DNA of 64,000 nt, from NCBI GenBank assembly GCA_045595965.1, contig JAZOBN010000008.1, forward strand, positions 86,998 through 150,997, given 5' to 3'. This document shows, in pieces, positions 40,508-50,362 of this stretch (within the stretch, counting starts at the first letter, position 1; each line of letters starts with the position of its first letter). Both the position numbers and the translations under genes were made by a program. Under the pieces are notes generated by a model. It had not been told where the DNA came from. It did no database searches and worked only from the letters and a program-made list of their open reading frames with translations. The stretch is from Candidatus Coprenecus sp. (lineage in GTDB: Bacteria > Bacteroidota > Bacteroidia > Bacteroidales > UBA932).

Positions 40508-42054
40508 AATCCGAAACTATCGACCACCTTCTGTTCCTGTATCTCCTTTTTTGGGGGGACCGCTTCTCTGTGCACCGCCAATGGTCTCACAACCATAGCT
40601 TTGGGTGCCATAGGACAAACATATTCACAACCACCGCAACCGATACACATATCGGGATTAACTGTAGGGAAAAAGAGGCCTGGTTTCCCTTTCCACTCCT
40701 TCATAGTGATCGCTTTGGTAGGACAATGTTCATCACATGCTCCACAATCTGTCTTCTCCTTGAAGACAATACAGTTCTTCGCAATAAACTCTACCCTTCC
40801 GATTTGAACTTTTCTTTTTTGTTCAACACTCAAAGGGAGGAGTGCCCCATTCGGACACACATTGCTGCAGACGTTACAATTGAAGCCGCAAAATTGTTTG
40901 TTATAGTGAATTACAGGGAGCATAAGATTGCTCAATCCGTACTCTCCGAATGCAGGTGAGATAATTCTGTTAGGACATGCCTCTACACAAGCCTGGCATG
41001 CAGTACAATTATTTTTCAGATGTTCAAGGCTGATTCCACCCGGAGGGATTATCCCCTGGAGTACCCTGTCACTTCCGGCAACATTACCCTCTACACCGGA
41101 CCTCTTTTCCGAATTTGAAACGAATTCTCTTGCAACGAGCAAAGCTCCAAGCCCTGCGATAGCCCCCATCGCCTCTCTTCTCCCCTTCATCTGAGGATCT
41201 CCCGACTTCACCCCCCTGTTCAATTTTGAACGCTTCACAAACTTAAGTCCTTGCTTCTTGCATACAGTTGTACAATTCAGGCACACCACACACCTGCTTT
41301 CATCCACCTCCTGAGTCTGAGTATCAATACACTCCGCCTTGCACACATGTGCACAGGCATTACATTTGATACACTCATCCTTATCTATTGCAAGTTTGAA
41401 CAGCGAGACCTTTGAAATATACCCCAGAAGGGTTCCTACAGGACAAATTGTATTGCAATACAATCTCCCTCTGAACATACTCATAACGACAACAACGAGG
41501 GCGAACAGTGCACCGAACACGAATGACCCCCACACAACAGCAGAGTAGCTTCTGTGGAAAATGTATTCAGGGAAGATTGAAGAGAGAAGGTTATTGATTG
41601 CAATAAAAACCGGATCTATCAGCTGGGATGCAATCTTTCCGAAGTTTGAATACGGATCTATCCATGCAAACATCCTCGCTCCGAAAATCAGGAGAGCAAG
41701 GAATGAGACAAAACAAACTGTAACCCTGAGGATTGTATGTGGTTTTGAATACTTATACCTCTTCCCTTTCTTGCTTTTGAACAATGAGGCCACCTTTGAG
41801 ACACCATCCTGCATAATCCCAAGGGGGCAGAACAAAGAACAATAGACCCTTCCAAAAAGGAGAGTCATCAGGACAAAAAAGAAAAAGACAAGTGCCCCGC
41901 CACTAAGGAATGATACAAGGGATGGGATAAACTGGAGTTTTGCGACCCAATAGACATTTTCCAGTTCTCTCCCTACAAATGTGAATGCCACTATAAAAAG
42001 GAGAAGAGTGACTGTCGCCACTCCTACCCTTATCCATCTGAGTTTCTTATACAT
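40504..42054 (-). CDS. Membrane-anchored polyferredoxin (NapH/MauN-like CX3CP membrane domain plus multiple 4Fe-4S motifs)
   Basis: TM-embedded CSLFCPLG and CNTICPVG motifs. At least five CxxCxxCxxxC(P)-type motifs ([55 protein letters not shown]). Confidence 0.75.
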   Translation of the reverse strand: MYKKLRWIRVGVATVTLLLFIVAFTFVGRELENVYWVAKLQFIPSLVSFLSGGALVFFFFVLMTLLFGRVYCSLFCPLGIMQDGVSKVASLFKSKKGKRYKYSKPHTILRVTVCFVSFLALLIFGARMFAWIDPYSNFGKIASQLIDPVFIAINNLLSSIFPEYIFHRSYSAVVWGSFVFGALFALVVVVMSMFRGRLYCNTICPVGTLLGYISKVSLFKLAIDKDECIKCNACAHVCKAECIDTQTQEVDESRCVVCLNCTTVCKKQGLKFVKRSKLNRGVKSGDPQMKGRREAMGAIAGLGALLVAREFVSNSEKRSGVEGNVAGSDRVLQGIIPPGGISLEHLKNNCTACQACVEACPNRIISPAFGEYGLSNLMLPVIHYNKQFCGFNCNVCSNVCPNGALLPLSVEQKRKVQIGRVEFIAKNCIVFKEKTDCGACDEHCPTKAITMKEWKGKPGLFFPTVNPDMCIGCGGCEYVCPMAPKAMVVRPLAVHREAVPPKKEIQEQKVVDSFGF

Positions 42055-42057
42055 AAC

Positions 42058-42990
42058 CTATAGTTTAATTCTCTCCACTTTAAGTGAGTCAATATCCATA
42101 GTGCCGACCTTCACACTCTGTGCCATAGATAGATATGGAAGAGAATCGAGGTTCATCTCCCTATATTGTGAAAAGAATTTTGTCGCTGCAGTATCCACAG
42201 CCACGATATCGGTCGACATAAAAATAGCTTTTGCCAACTGGACATCATCAAGGCTCTTACCTTTTGGACCATTCTGTGTCATAATGCGGTAAGCATCAAC
42301 AATATTGAGGACAGGCCTTTTTTCAAATGTAGTTGCATCGGCAATGCATTGCTGAAGATTATGACGGTGTAGGTAACCTCTATCCCATACTATGCCCATA
42401 TAATTCTTCATAGCGATAGTCATCTTGGCCCCGCCATGATTTTTAAGTACAGGAACATTTATCCACACATCACAATCGAGGATTGCTTCGTGAATCTTTG
42501 CCTTCTTCATCTTCACAGCCAAAGGGAGCTCTACCTCCCTGTAATACTTGTCATCGTGGGCAAATGCCACTTTTGCCCCGGCTTTTCTGGCAGCCTCTTC
42601 AATGCCGCTATTCTTGTAGCACCCCTCCCACTCATCACAAGTGTGGTCAAACACAACAACTTCCTCAGCACCGGCAGCCAAGCAATCCTTCACAATTTCA
42701 GCCACAAGCAACGGATTGGTGTTTGCCCCATACTCCGGTGTCTTATCCCATCCTATATTTGGTTTGACAGTAACTTTCTGACCTTTTTTTACAAACCTCT
42801 TCATGCCACCCATCGCCTCAATACCTTTTCTGTACAATTCGACGGGTTCACCACCCATCACTGCGACAAGATCATTTGGGGTTTGTGGATCTGAACTTTT
42901 ATCTGCTGCCAACAAAGTGTTGCCATCAACCTTGACAGCACCTGCCACAGCACCGACCAAAGCGGTTTTAAGAAAGTCTCTTCTTTTCAT
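42058..42990 (-). CDS. DUF362-domain protein with twin-arginine (Tat) signal
   Basis: The N-terminus MKRRDFLKTALVGAVAGAV is Tat-like. The remaining 310-aa layout is DUF362-like. It lies 3 nt upstream of the polyferredoxin gene. Confidence 0.65.
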   Translation of the reverse strand: MKRRDFLKTALVGAVAGAVKVDGNTLLAADKSSDPQTPNDLVAVMGGEPVELYRKGIEAMGGMKRFVKKGQKVTVKPNIGWDKTPEYGANTNPLLVAEIVKDCLAAGAEEVVVFDHTCDEWEGCYKNSGIEEAARKAGAKVAFAHDDKYYREVELPLAVKMKKAKIHEAILDCDVWINVPVLKNHGGAKMTIAMKNYMGIVWDRGYLHRHNLQQCIADATTFEKRPVLNIVDAYRIMTQNGPKGKSLDDVQLAKAIFMSTDIVAVDTAATKFFSQYREMNLDSLPYLSMAQSVKVGTMDIDSLKVERIKL

Positions 42991-43000
42991 AGCGGAATAT

Positions 43001-43876
43001 TTATTTAATGGAACGTCTGAATGCTTTAAGGGTATTCTGCATCAATGAGACAATAGTCATAGGGCCTACTCCACCGGGAACCGGGGTTATGAATGAGCAT
43101 TTCGGGGCAACATTCTTAAAATCGACATCCCCCACGATTCTATACCCTTTTGGCCTGGCAGCATCCGGAATTCTGGTAATCCCCACATCAATCACTACTG
43201 CCCCCTCTTTGACCATATTCTCCTTAAGAAACTCCGGTGATCCAAGTGCAGCAATGATAATATCTGCATCCTTTGTAAATTTCTCAAGATCCCTTGTCCG
43301 GCTGTGGCAAATAGTCACTGTACAATCTTTTCCTTTTTGTGAAAGGAGGTTTGCAACAGGTCTTCCCACAATGTTGCTTCTGCCAATTACAACACAATGT
43401 TTACCGGCAGTTTCAACATTATTCAGCTCCATGAGGGCAACGATACCGTAAGGGGTTGCAGAGATAAAAGCCTCCTCCTCTCCAAGAATCATTTTACCCA
43501 CATTGGATGTATGGAATCCGTCAACATCTTTCAATGGATTGATTGCATCAATGACCGATTGCTCATCAATATGTGAAGGGAGAGGCAACTGGACAATAAA
43601 GCCATCTACGCCATCATCCTCATTGAGCCTCTTTATCTCCTTCAAAAGAGATTCCTGGGTAATTTCAGCAGGAAAACGAAACACTTCAGAGTCAAAACCG
43701 ACCTCTTTGCAAGCCATCTCTTTATTGGCTACATATGTTTTGCTGGCTCCATCCTCTCCAACAAGTACAGCGACCAGACATGGTCTTCTGTACCCTTTGG
43801 CAACCAACTCTTCCACTTGCTTTGCAATATCTTTTTTTATTGCAGCTGCTGTCTGTTTTCCATCTAAAATTACCAT
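43001..43876 (-). CDS. folD: Bifunctional methylenetetrahydrofolate dehydrogenase/cyclohydrolase
   Basis: 291 aa. ILDGKQTA, VGEDGASKTYV and PVPGGVGPMT motifs. Confidence 0.92.
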   Translation of the reverse strand: MVILDGKQTAAAIKKDIAKQVEELVAKGYRRPCLVAVLVGEDGASKTYVANKEMACKEVGFDSEVFRFPAEITQESLLKEIKRLNEDDGVDGFIVQLPLPSHIDEQSVIDAINPLKDVDGFHTSNVGKMILGEEEAFISATPYGIVALMELNNVETAGKHCVVIGRSNIVGRPVANLLSQKGKDCTVTICHSRTRDLEKFTKDADIIIAALGSPEFLKENMVKEGAVVIDVGITRIPDAARPKGYRIVGDVDFKNVAPKCSFITPVPGGVGPMTIVSLMQNTLKAFRRSIK

Positions 43877-43882
43877 CTCAGA

Positions 43883-45217
43883 TTATCTCCTTCTCATTGA
43901 TTTCATATTGCGCATAGCGTTCTTCATACCGCCACCCGCAACTGTTTTCATTATTTTTCTAGTATCTTCGAACTGTTTGAGCAACTTGTTTACCTCAGCA
44001 ACAGATGTACCACTACCCATTGCGATTCTTCGGCGTCTGCTACCATTGATAATTTGGGGATTCTCCCTCTCTTCAGGTGTCATCGAGAGGATTATCGCCT
44101 CAACACCCTTGAATGAACTGTTATCGATATCTACATCTTTAATAGCCTTCCCGACACCTGGAATCATAGAGGCAAGATCCTTGATATTACCCATCTTCTT
44201 GATCTGCTGGATCTGATCATAAAAATCGCTCAGAGTAAACTGGTCTTTAGCAAGTTTCTTATGGAGTTTGCGGGCCTCTTCCTCATTGTATTGTTCCTGC
44301 GCCTTCTCCACCAAAGTAACAACGTCACCCATACCAAGGATACGGTCGGCGATTCTCTTTGGATGGAATACATCAAGAGCCTCCATTTTCTCTCCTGAGC
44401 TGATAAACTTGATCGGTTTGTTTACCACAGCCTTGATAGAGAGGGCAGCACCACCACGGGTATCACCATCCATCTTGGTCAAAACAACACCATCGAAGTC
44501 CAACCTGTCGTTGAATGCCTTTGCTGTTTCGACAGCATCCTGGCCTGTCATTGCATCGACGACAAAGAGGATCTCTGTCGGATTGATTGCCTCTTTGACA
44601 GCAGCAATTTCATTCATCATCTCCTGATCAACAGCAAGACGACCGGCTGTATCGACAATAACCAGAGAGTAACCCTCCGCTTTTGCCTTTGCAACGGCAT
44701 TCTTTGCAATCTTCACAGGCTCTTTGCACCCCTCTTCGGTATAGACATCAACCTGGATCTGATTACCGAGTACTTTCAACTGTTCAATCGCAGCGGGACG
44801 ATAAACGTCACCGGCCACAAGAAGGACTCTCAATCCCCTTTTGTTCTTGCAGTTGAGTGCCAGTTTACCTGAGAATGTTGTTTTACCGGAACCTTGAAGA
44901 CCTGCAACGAGGACAATACCGGGATTCCCTTTTATGTTTATATCGGAAAACTCACTTCCCATCAATGAGGTCAATTCATCATGAACGATCTTCACCATCA
45001 TCTGATCGGGGCGGACAGCTGTAAGGACATTTTGACCTATAGCCTTCTGCTTCACATCATCACAGAAAGTCTTTGCTATCTTGTAGCTGACGTCGGCATC
45101 CAACAAAGCGCGTCTAACCTCTTTCAAGGTTTCAGCCACATTGATTTCTGTAATCTTCCCTTGCCCCTTCAATATCTTGAAGGACCTCTCTAACTTCTCG
45201 GTTAAGTTCTCAAACAT
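43883..45217 (-). CDS. ffh: Signal recognition particle protein
   Basis: 444 aa. GTPase G1 GLQGSGKTT, DTAGR, and a Met-rich C-terminal M domain. Confidence 0.95.
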   Translation of the reverse strand: MFENLTEKLERSFKILKGQGKITEINVAETLKEVRRALLDADVSYKIAKTFCDDVKQKAIGQNVLTAVRPDQMMVKIVHDELTSLMGSEFSDINIKGNPGIVLVAGLQGSGKTTFSGKLALNCKNKRGLRVLLVAGDVYRPAAIEQLKVLGNQIQVDVYTEEGCKEPVKIAKNAVAKAKAEGYSLVIVDTAGRLAVDQEMMNEIAAVKEAINPTEILFVVDAMTGQDAVETAKAFNDRLDFDGVVLTKMDGDTRGGAALSIKAVVNKPIKFISSGEKMEALDVFHPKRIADRILGMGDVVTLVEKAQEQYNEEEARKLHKKLAKDQFTLSDFYDQIQQIKKMGNIKDLASMIPGVGKAIKDVDIDNSSFKGVEAIILSMTPEERENPQIINGSRRRRIAMGSGTSVAEVNKLLKQFEDTRKIMKTVAGGGMKNAMRNMKSMRRR

Positions 45218-45231
45218 AATTCTTTATAAAT

Positions 45232-46389
45232 CTATTTCTTAAAATCGTCAGAATAGTAAGCTTTTGCGAGATCTCTCTGGTTGTATCTCATACCCATCAC
45301 CTGACCGTAAGCACCTGCCGAACGGATTGCAATAATATCACCTCTGCTGGTCTCTGGCAACAAAACTTTCTTATCCCAGAAGTCACTTGATTCGCAAACA
45401 GGCCCAACAACATCATATCTCATCTTTCTCCCTGTAGATGTAAGGTTTTCAATCTTATGGTGAGCATGATAAAGGGCAGGTCTGATAAGGTCATTCATAC
45501 CGGCATCAAGAATTGCAAACTTGATCCCTTTTCCTTTCTTCACATAAAGGACACGTGAGATCAAAGAGCCGCATTGAGCCACGATAGCACGACCTGGTTC
45601 GAAGTGGACAGATTGGCCTGGACGGACAATAAGGTTTTTGTTTATGATTGAGAAATACTCCTCGAAATTTGCAATAGGATTGCCCATCGGATCTTGATAA
45701 TCTACACCCAGGCCACCACCAAGGTCAAGGCTCTCCACAAGTACTCCTCTGTCAAGGAACCATTTCTGAAGCACCTCTACCCTTTCGCAAAGGGTCTTGA
45801 ACACACCAAGTTCGGTAATTTGTGAACCGATATGGAAGTGAAGTCCGATCAGTTCAAGGTGATCTGAAGTCTGTACCAGGTTAAGCACATCTTCAAACAT
45901 CCATGGAGAGATACCGAACTTGTCCTCTTTCTTTCCTGTGCTGATGTATTTGTGGGTATGAGCATCAATATCGGGATTTACCCTGATAGAGATATGAGCC
46001 ACTTTGTTCATTGATTTTGCCAACTCTCCGATAACTGCAATTTCCGGAATGGACTCACAATTGAAAGCATAGATACCGGCTTTAAGTGCAGCCTTAATCT
46101 CCTTATCACTTTTGCCTACACCTGCATAGACGATTTTATCGGGAGAGAAACCATATTTGATAGCAAGCTTAACCTCATTACCACTCACACAGTCAACACC
46201 GAAACCGGCTTTTCTGATCTCGTCCATGATACGTTTCTCAGCATTTGCCTTCATCGCATAATGGGCAATGTAGTTATGTTTGTTCAAATGTGAATTATAC
46301 ACGTCAAGAGTCTCTCTAAGGAGATCCATATCGTAGTAATAGAAGGGGGTTTCAATCGAGTTGAAAATTTCAATAGGCTCTGTATGCAT
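45232..46389 (-). CDS. lysA: Diaminopimelate decarboxylase
   Basis: 385 aa. PLP-lysine region HYAMKAN, with HFHIGSQ and CESSD motifs. Confidence 0.9.
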   Translation of the reverse strand: MHTEPIEIFNSIETPFYYYDMDLLRETLDVYNSHLNKHNYIAHYAMKANAEKRIMDEIRKAGFGVDCVSGNEVKLAIKYGFSPDKIVYAGVGKSDKEIKAALKAGIYAFNCESIPEIAVIGELAKSMNKVAHISIRVNPDIDAHTHKYISTGKKEDKFGISPWMFEDVLNLVQTSDHLELIGLHFHIGSQITELGVFKTLCERVEVLQKWFLDRGVLVESLDLGGGLGVDYQDPMGNPIANFEEYFSIINKNLIVRPGQSVHFEPGRAIVAQCGSLISRVLYVKKGKGIKFAILDAGMNDLIRPALYHAHHKIENLTSTGRKMRYDVVGPVCESSDFWDKKVLLPETSRGDIIAIRSAGAYGQVMGMRYNQRDLAKAYYSDDFKK

Positions 46390-46412
46390 AACAATAAATA
46401 TAAAAATTCACG

Positions 46413-46420
46413 CAAAATTA
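46413..46420 (-). promoter_or_regulatory. -7 promoter box (TAATTTTG) for lysA-ffh-folD
   Basis: Exact TAnnTTTG on the minus strand, 24 nt upstream of ATG 46389. It is half of the 10-bp inverted repeat CGCAAAATTA / TAATTTTGCG. Confidence 0.45.
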
Positions 46421-46431
46421 GGAAAAATTGG

Positions 46432-46439
46432 TAATTTTG
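46432..46439 (+). promoter_or_regulatory. -7 promoter box (TAATTTTG) for the nucleotide-sugar dehydrogenase gene
   Basis: Exact TAnnTTTG, 42 nt upstream of ATG 46481. Confidence 0.45.
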
Positions 46440-46480
46440 CGAACACTTAGGCGACAAACTTATAAAAAAGTTGATACAGG

Positions 46481-47776
46481 ATGGAATTGTATGAAAGATT
46501 GATCAAAAAAGGGGGGAAACTGGCCGTTGTTGGGTTAGGTTATGTAGGTCTCCCCATTGCCCTGGAATTTGCTAAAAAGCTCTCCGTAATCGGATACGAC
46601 ATCAATGAAAACCGCCTCTCTGACATGAGAAGAGGGATTGATCCATGCGGTGAACTTGACAGCAGCGCCTTCGACAACATTGACATACAATTCACTTCGG
46701 ATATAGAGACACTCCGCCAGGCATCTGTATTCATCATCGCAGTACCTACCCCCATAGACAAATACAACAAACCCGACCTTGCCCCATTGAAAGGTGCATC
46801 GGAGGCTGTCGGCAAGGCTCTCAAAAAGGGGGATTATGTTGTGTACGAATCGACAGTCTATCCAGGTTGTACTGAAGAGGACTGCATCCCCATCCTCGAG
46901 AAATGGAGCGGACTTAAGGGGGGTGAAGATTTCAAATTCGGATACTCTCCAGAGAGGATAAATCCTGGTGAAAAAGTCCACACCCTTCCCAACACCATCA
47001 AGATAGTATCGGGGTGCGATCAGCAGGCACTTGAAAACATTGCCAGAATTTATGAACTTGTCGTCAAACCAGGTGTACACCGTGCCCCCAACATCAAGGT
47101 GGCAGAAGCTGCCAAAATCATTGAGAACACCCAGAGGGATGTAAATATAGCACTGATGAACGAACTCTCAATCATTTTTGGGAGGATGGGGATAAACACT
47201 TACGATGTTCTGGAAGCTGCCGGAACAAAATGGAATTTCCTGAAATTCTACCCTGGCCTCGTCGGAGGACACTGCATCGGAGTTGACCCATACTATATGG
47301 TTCACAAGGCGAGTGAATTGAAATACCACACCAAGATAATCACTGCCGGCCGGTTCATCAACGACAGCATGGGTGGTTACATAGGAAAAAAAGTGGTAAA
47401 GAAACTTATCTCACTGGGGAAAAGTATTCATGAAGCAAATGTTCTCGTCCTGGGAATCACATTCAAGGAGAATGTTTCAGATATCCGCAACACCAAAGTG
47501 GCAGACATCGTAAATGAATTGAAGGAGTACAGTTGTAATGTTGATGTCGTTGACCCTTATGCATCTTCCCAAGAGGTTCTCAACGAATATGGTTTCCCTC
47601 TATCATCAGAGATTGGAAAAGGGTATGATGCTGTAGTCGTTGCCGTTGCACACGACCAGTACAAAAATCTAACAGAGGATTACTTCCTCTCCATCACCTC
47701 TGACAATCCACTCCTTGTCGACATAAAAGGGTTATATAGAAATAAGATTGAAAAAATGGCCTATTGGAGCCTATAA
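46481..47776 (+). CDS. Nucleotide-sugar 6-dehydrogenase (WbpA/TviB-like UDP-N-acetyl-D-glucosamine dehydrogenase family)
   Basis: 431 aa. Rossmann motif LAVVGLGYVGLP and catalytic Cys region GLVGGHCIGVDPYY. Confidence 0.85.
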   Translation: MELYERLIKKGGKLAVVGLGYVGLPIALEFAKKLSVIGYDINENRLSDMRRGIDPCGELDSSAFDNIDIQFTSDIETLRQASVFIIAVPTPIDKYNKPDLAPLKGASEAVGKALKKGDYVVYESTVYPGCTEEDCIPILEKWSGLKGGEDFKFGYSPERINPGEKVHTLPNTIKIVSGCDQQALENIARIYELVVKPGVHRAPNIKVAEAAKIIENTQRDVNIALMNELSIIFGRMGINTYDVLEAAGTKWNFLKFYPGLVGGHCIGVDPYYMVHKASELKYHTKIITAGRFINDSMGGYIGKKVVKKLISLGKSIHEANVLVLGITFKENVSDIRNTKVADIVNELKEYSCNVDVVDPYASSQEVLNEYGFPLSSEIGKGYDAVVVAVAHDQYKNLTEDYFLSITSDNPLLVDIKGLYRNKIEKMAYWSL

Positions 47777-47794
47777 GCCTATAACAGAATATCT

Positions 47795-48775
47795 ATGAAG
47801 AGTTACAATTTTGCATTGATTGGTGCGGCCGGATACATTGCCCCAAGACACTTAAAAGCAATTAAAGACACTGGAAATGAACTCATTGCAGCATACGACC
47901 GCTTCGACAGTGTTGGGAGATTGGACAGTTTTTTCCCAAAATGCAATTTCTTTGTAGAGAATGAACAGTTCGACAGATACTGCTCCAAGAGGATGCACAG
48001 TGATTCCCCCATTGATTGGGTTTCGATATGCACCCCGAACCACACCCATGATGCCTTCATCAGATACGGATTGAGATTGGGATGTGATGTCATCTGTGAA
48101 AAACCTGTTGTATTGAATCCTCACAATCTTGATGCCCTCATCAAATATGAAAATGAGACAGGCCATAAGGCTTACAACATCCTACAGCTCAGACTTCACG
48201 ACTCCATTGCAGCACTGAAGAGGAAAATCGAAGAGGGTCCCCAGGATAAGATATACGATGTCGATCTGACATATATAACATCCCGCGGCAACTGGTACTA
48301 TACCTCATGGAAAGGGGATGAATCCAAGAGCGGTGGTGTAGCAACAAATATCGGTGTACACTTCTACGATATGCTCCAGTGGATATTCGGCGAAGTGAAA
48401 CAGAATATCGTCCACGTCAAGAGTTTTGACCGGGTGGCAGGATACCTCGAACTCAAAAGGGCAAGAGTCCGCTATTTCCTGAGCATCAACGCAGACAATC
48501 TTCCAGAAAATGCCGTTGAAGGGGAGAAAAGGACATACCGTACACTAAGCATCGACGGCTCTGAATTTGAATTCAGTGAGGGGTTCACAGAACTTCACAC
48601 TTTGAGTTATCAGAAAATTCTAAGTGGCGAAGGTTTCAGAATCAGCGAAGCCAGAAACTGCATACAAATAGTGAGTGATATCCGCCATGCCACACCTATT
48701 GGTCTTAAAGGAGATTATCACCCACTAGCTAAACTGCCTCTTGCAAGGCACCCGTTTGAAACGGGGTTATTCTGA
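47795..48775 (+). CDS. wbpB: Gfo/Idh/MocA oxidoreductase, WbpB-like (UDP-2-acetamido-2-deoxy-glucuronate oxidase family)
   Basis: The N-terminus NFALIGAAGYIAPRHLKAIKDTGNELIAAYD closely resembles WbpB/WlbA proteins. Confidence 0.75.
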   Translation: MKSYNFALIGAAGYIAPRHLKAIKDTGNELIAAYDRFDSVGRLDSFFPKCNFFVENEQFDRYCSKRMHSDSPIDWVSICTPNHTHDAFIRYGLRLGCDVICEKPVVLNPHNLDALIKYENETGHKAYNILQLRLHDSIAALKRKIEEGPQDKIYDVDLTYITSRGNWYYTSWKGDESKSGGVATNIGVHFYDMLQWIFGEVKQNIVHVKSFDRVAGYLELKRARVRYFLSINADNLPENAVEGEKRTYRTLSIDGSEFEFSEGFTELHTLSYQKILSGEGFRISEARNCIQIVSDIRHATPIGLKGDYHPLAKLPLARHPFETGLF

Positions 48776-50200
48776 TGCGTGTTCTTTGCGCAAAAGATCA
48801 AGAACTGTTTTCACAGGATTAAAAGTAATTAGAGGAACCTCTACGAAAAGGGTGTTCCAGTTACTCATTGACCCATTCCACAAACCGGGCAACTCCTGTG
48901 CTTTAAGGGTTCTTCCCTGATAACTCTTGGAACTTATGAATCCTGTTGCCGGATCAGTATATTTCATCAAATCAAATTTGTCCCCTTTATAATCTACATA
49001 AGAGCATACCAGATCCACAGGATTGAAGTGTGTGGCCTCTTTCACCAATGCCTCAACAGCGGCATCCTTGGTATTCAATTGTGCACCCTCAAGAATCTGA
49101 AGAGATGTTGAGCCATCAGAGTCATAGACAACATAAGGGCCGCCACCAGGTTCCCCCTCATTTTTAACCATGCCGCAAACCCTTACAGGACGGTTCAATT
49201 TACCTCTCAGATATTCACAACGTCTCTCGGCCGGGAGATTCTCAGGCAATTTAACACAGAATGTATCATCAAGGAACTTCTCAATTTCATCACAAAGATC
49301 CTTGCAGCACCCTTGGCATTCATCCATCTTGCGAAGGTAACCGAACACTTTGCCCTGAACATCCAACAAAGTACCGATCAATATCTTCTTCCAGTTTACA
49401 GTCTCTTCAATCAAAGACTCTTTCACCACATTATCAATATTCTTCACAACAACAACATCCCCTATTGTATCGTTAAGATTGCTTAGCAGAGCACCATGTC
49501 CGCCGGGGCGGAAAAGGGGTTTTCCATCCTCTTTCAGGAATGGTGTGTTATCCTCGTTGACTGCTATCATATCTGTCTCAGATTTTTGGGTAGAGAAAGA
49601 GATATGGTATATGCACCCGAATCTCTCCTCATATTTTGCCTTCACACTATCCAGAAGAGAGATAAATCCATCCATATGCTCCGGAGATACGGTAAAATGC
49701 ATCTTCACGACGTCAGAACCTTGGGTTTTGGCATACAATGCCCCCTCAACCAGATGCTCTTCAAATGCGGTTCTCACCTCTTGCGGATAACTGTGGAACA
49801 ACAACTGTCCTTTAGGTTTCGCACCATAATTGAGCCCTTTATTTGTCAGCACAAACTCAAGAACCTCTTTATCACTTTTTCCTGCAAATTTTTCCCCATC
49901 ATAAAATGGGAATTTCTCAACATTTGCAAGGAATTTACCAGCTGGTGAGTTGGCACTCACTTCTGATCCGTTTTCCAGCATCTCCTTTGCTTCAAACAAA
50001 TCCTTGAACATTCTCGAAGCTGCACCTGATGCAGGGACAAACTTCACAATAGATCCTCCGAAAGAGTTGCATTTCTCCAATGCTTCTCTCTTCTGTTCAT
50101 CATTAAGGACACGAATCCCCCTTTGTGGGGTTGCTGCGGAGATTACTTTCAAAAAAGGGAACCCCTTTTTATAATTTTCGAGCTGTTGTTCTATAGTCAT
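48767..50200 (-). CDS. DUF4301-family protein, possibly a distant nucleotidyltransferase
   Basis: 477 aa. Layout typical of Bacteroidetes DUF4301. Motifs FVPASGAASRMF and RPGGHGALL recall UDP-sugar pyrophosphorylases, which is inference only. Confidence 0.6.
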   Translation of the reverse strand: MTIEQQLENYKKGFPFLKVISAATPQRGIRVLNDEQKREALEKCNSFGGSIVKFVPASGAASRMFKDLFEAKEMLENGSEVSANSPAGKFLANVEKFPFYDGEKFAGKSDKEVLEFVLTNKGLNYGAKPKGQLLFHSYPQEVRTAFEEHLVEGALYAKTQGSDVVKMHFTVSPEHMDGFISLLDSVKAKYEERFGCIYHISFSTQKSETDMIAVNEDNTPFLKEDGKPLFRPGGHGALLSNLNDTIGDVVVVKNIDNVVKESLIEETVNWKKILIGTLLDVQGKVFGYLRKMDECQGCCKDLCDEIEKFLDDTFCVKLPENLPAERRCEYLRGKLNRPVRVCGMVKNEGEPGGGPYVVYDSDGSTSLQILEGAQLNTKDAAVEALVKEATHFNPVDLVCSYVDYKGDKFDLMKYTDPATGFISSKSYQGRTLKAQELPGLWNGSMSNWNTLFVEVPLITFNPVKTVLDLLRKEHASE

Positions 50201-50362
50201 ATCTTCCGATTTTATAATTGATTCTGTAAAGTTATTGCAAAAAAAAGATATTCGAAAAAAAAATCATTTTTTAGATTTCAGCTTTTCTCCCACCTCTGCA
50301 AAAAAATTGTGATTCTGTCACTTCAGTTCATCTCCAGCAACTTTCCTTTGCAGAAAAAAAAG

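Noticed and set aside
43503-44216. 237-aa plus-strand ORF
   Set aside because: It lies entirely antisense to the well-supported ffh and folD genes. The translation is low-complexity and Ser/Leu/Ile-rich with no motifs. It is a typical shadow ORF.
46535-47080. 181-aa minus-strand ORF, plus similar ones at 27051-27563, 12003-12431 and 8159-8605
   Set aside because: All are antisense to confidently identified genes, and none has a recognisable motif.
50201-50362. Invertible (recombinase-flipped) promoter in front of the fimbrial-like operon
   Set aside because: I looked for flanking inverted repeats and found only a direct 8-bp repeat and A-tracts. No site-specific recombinase gene is nearby.
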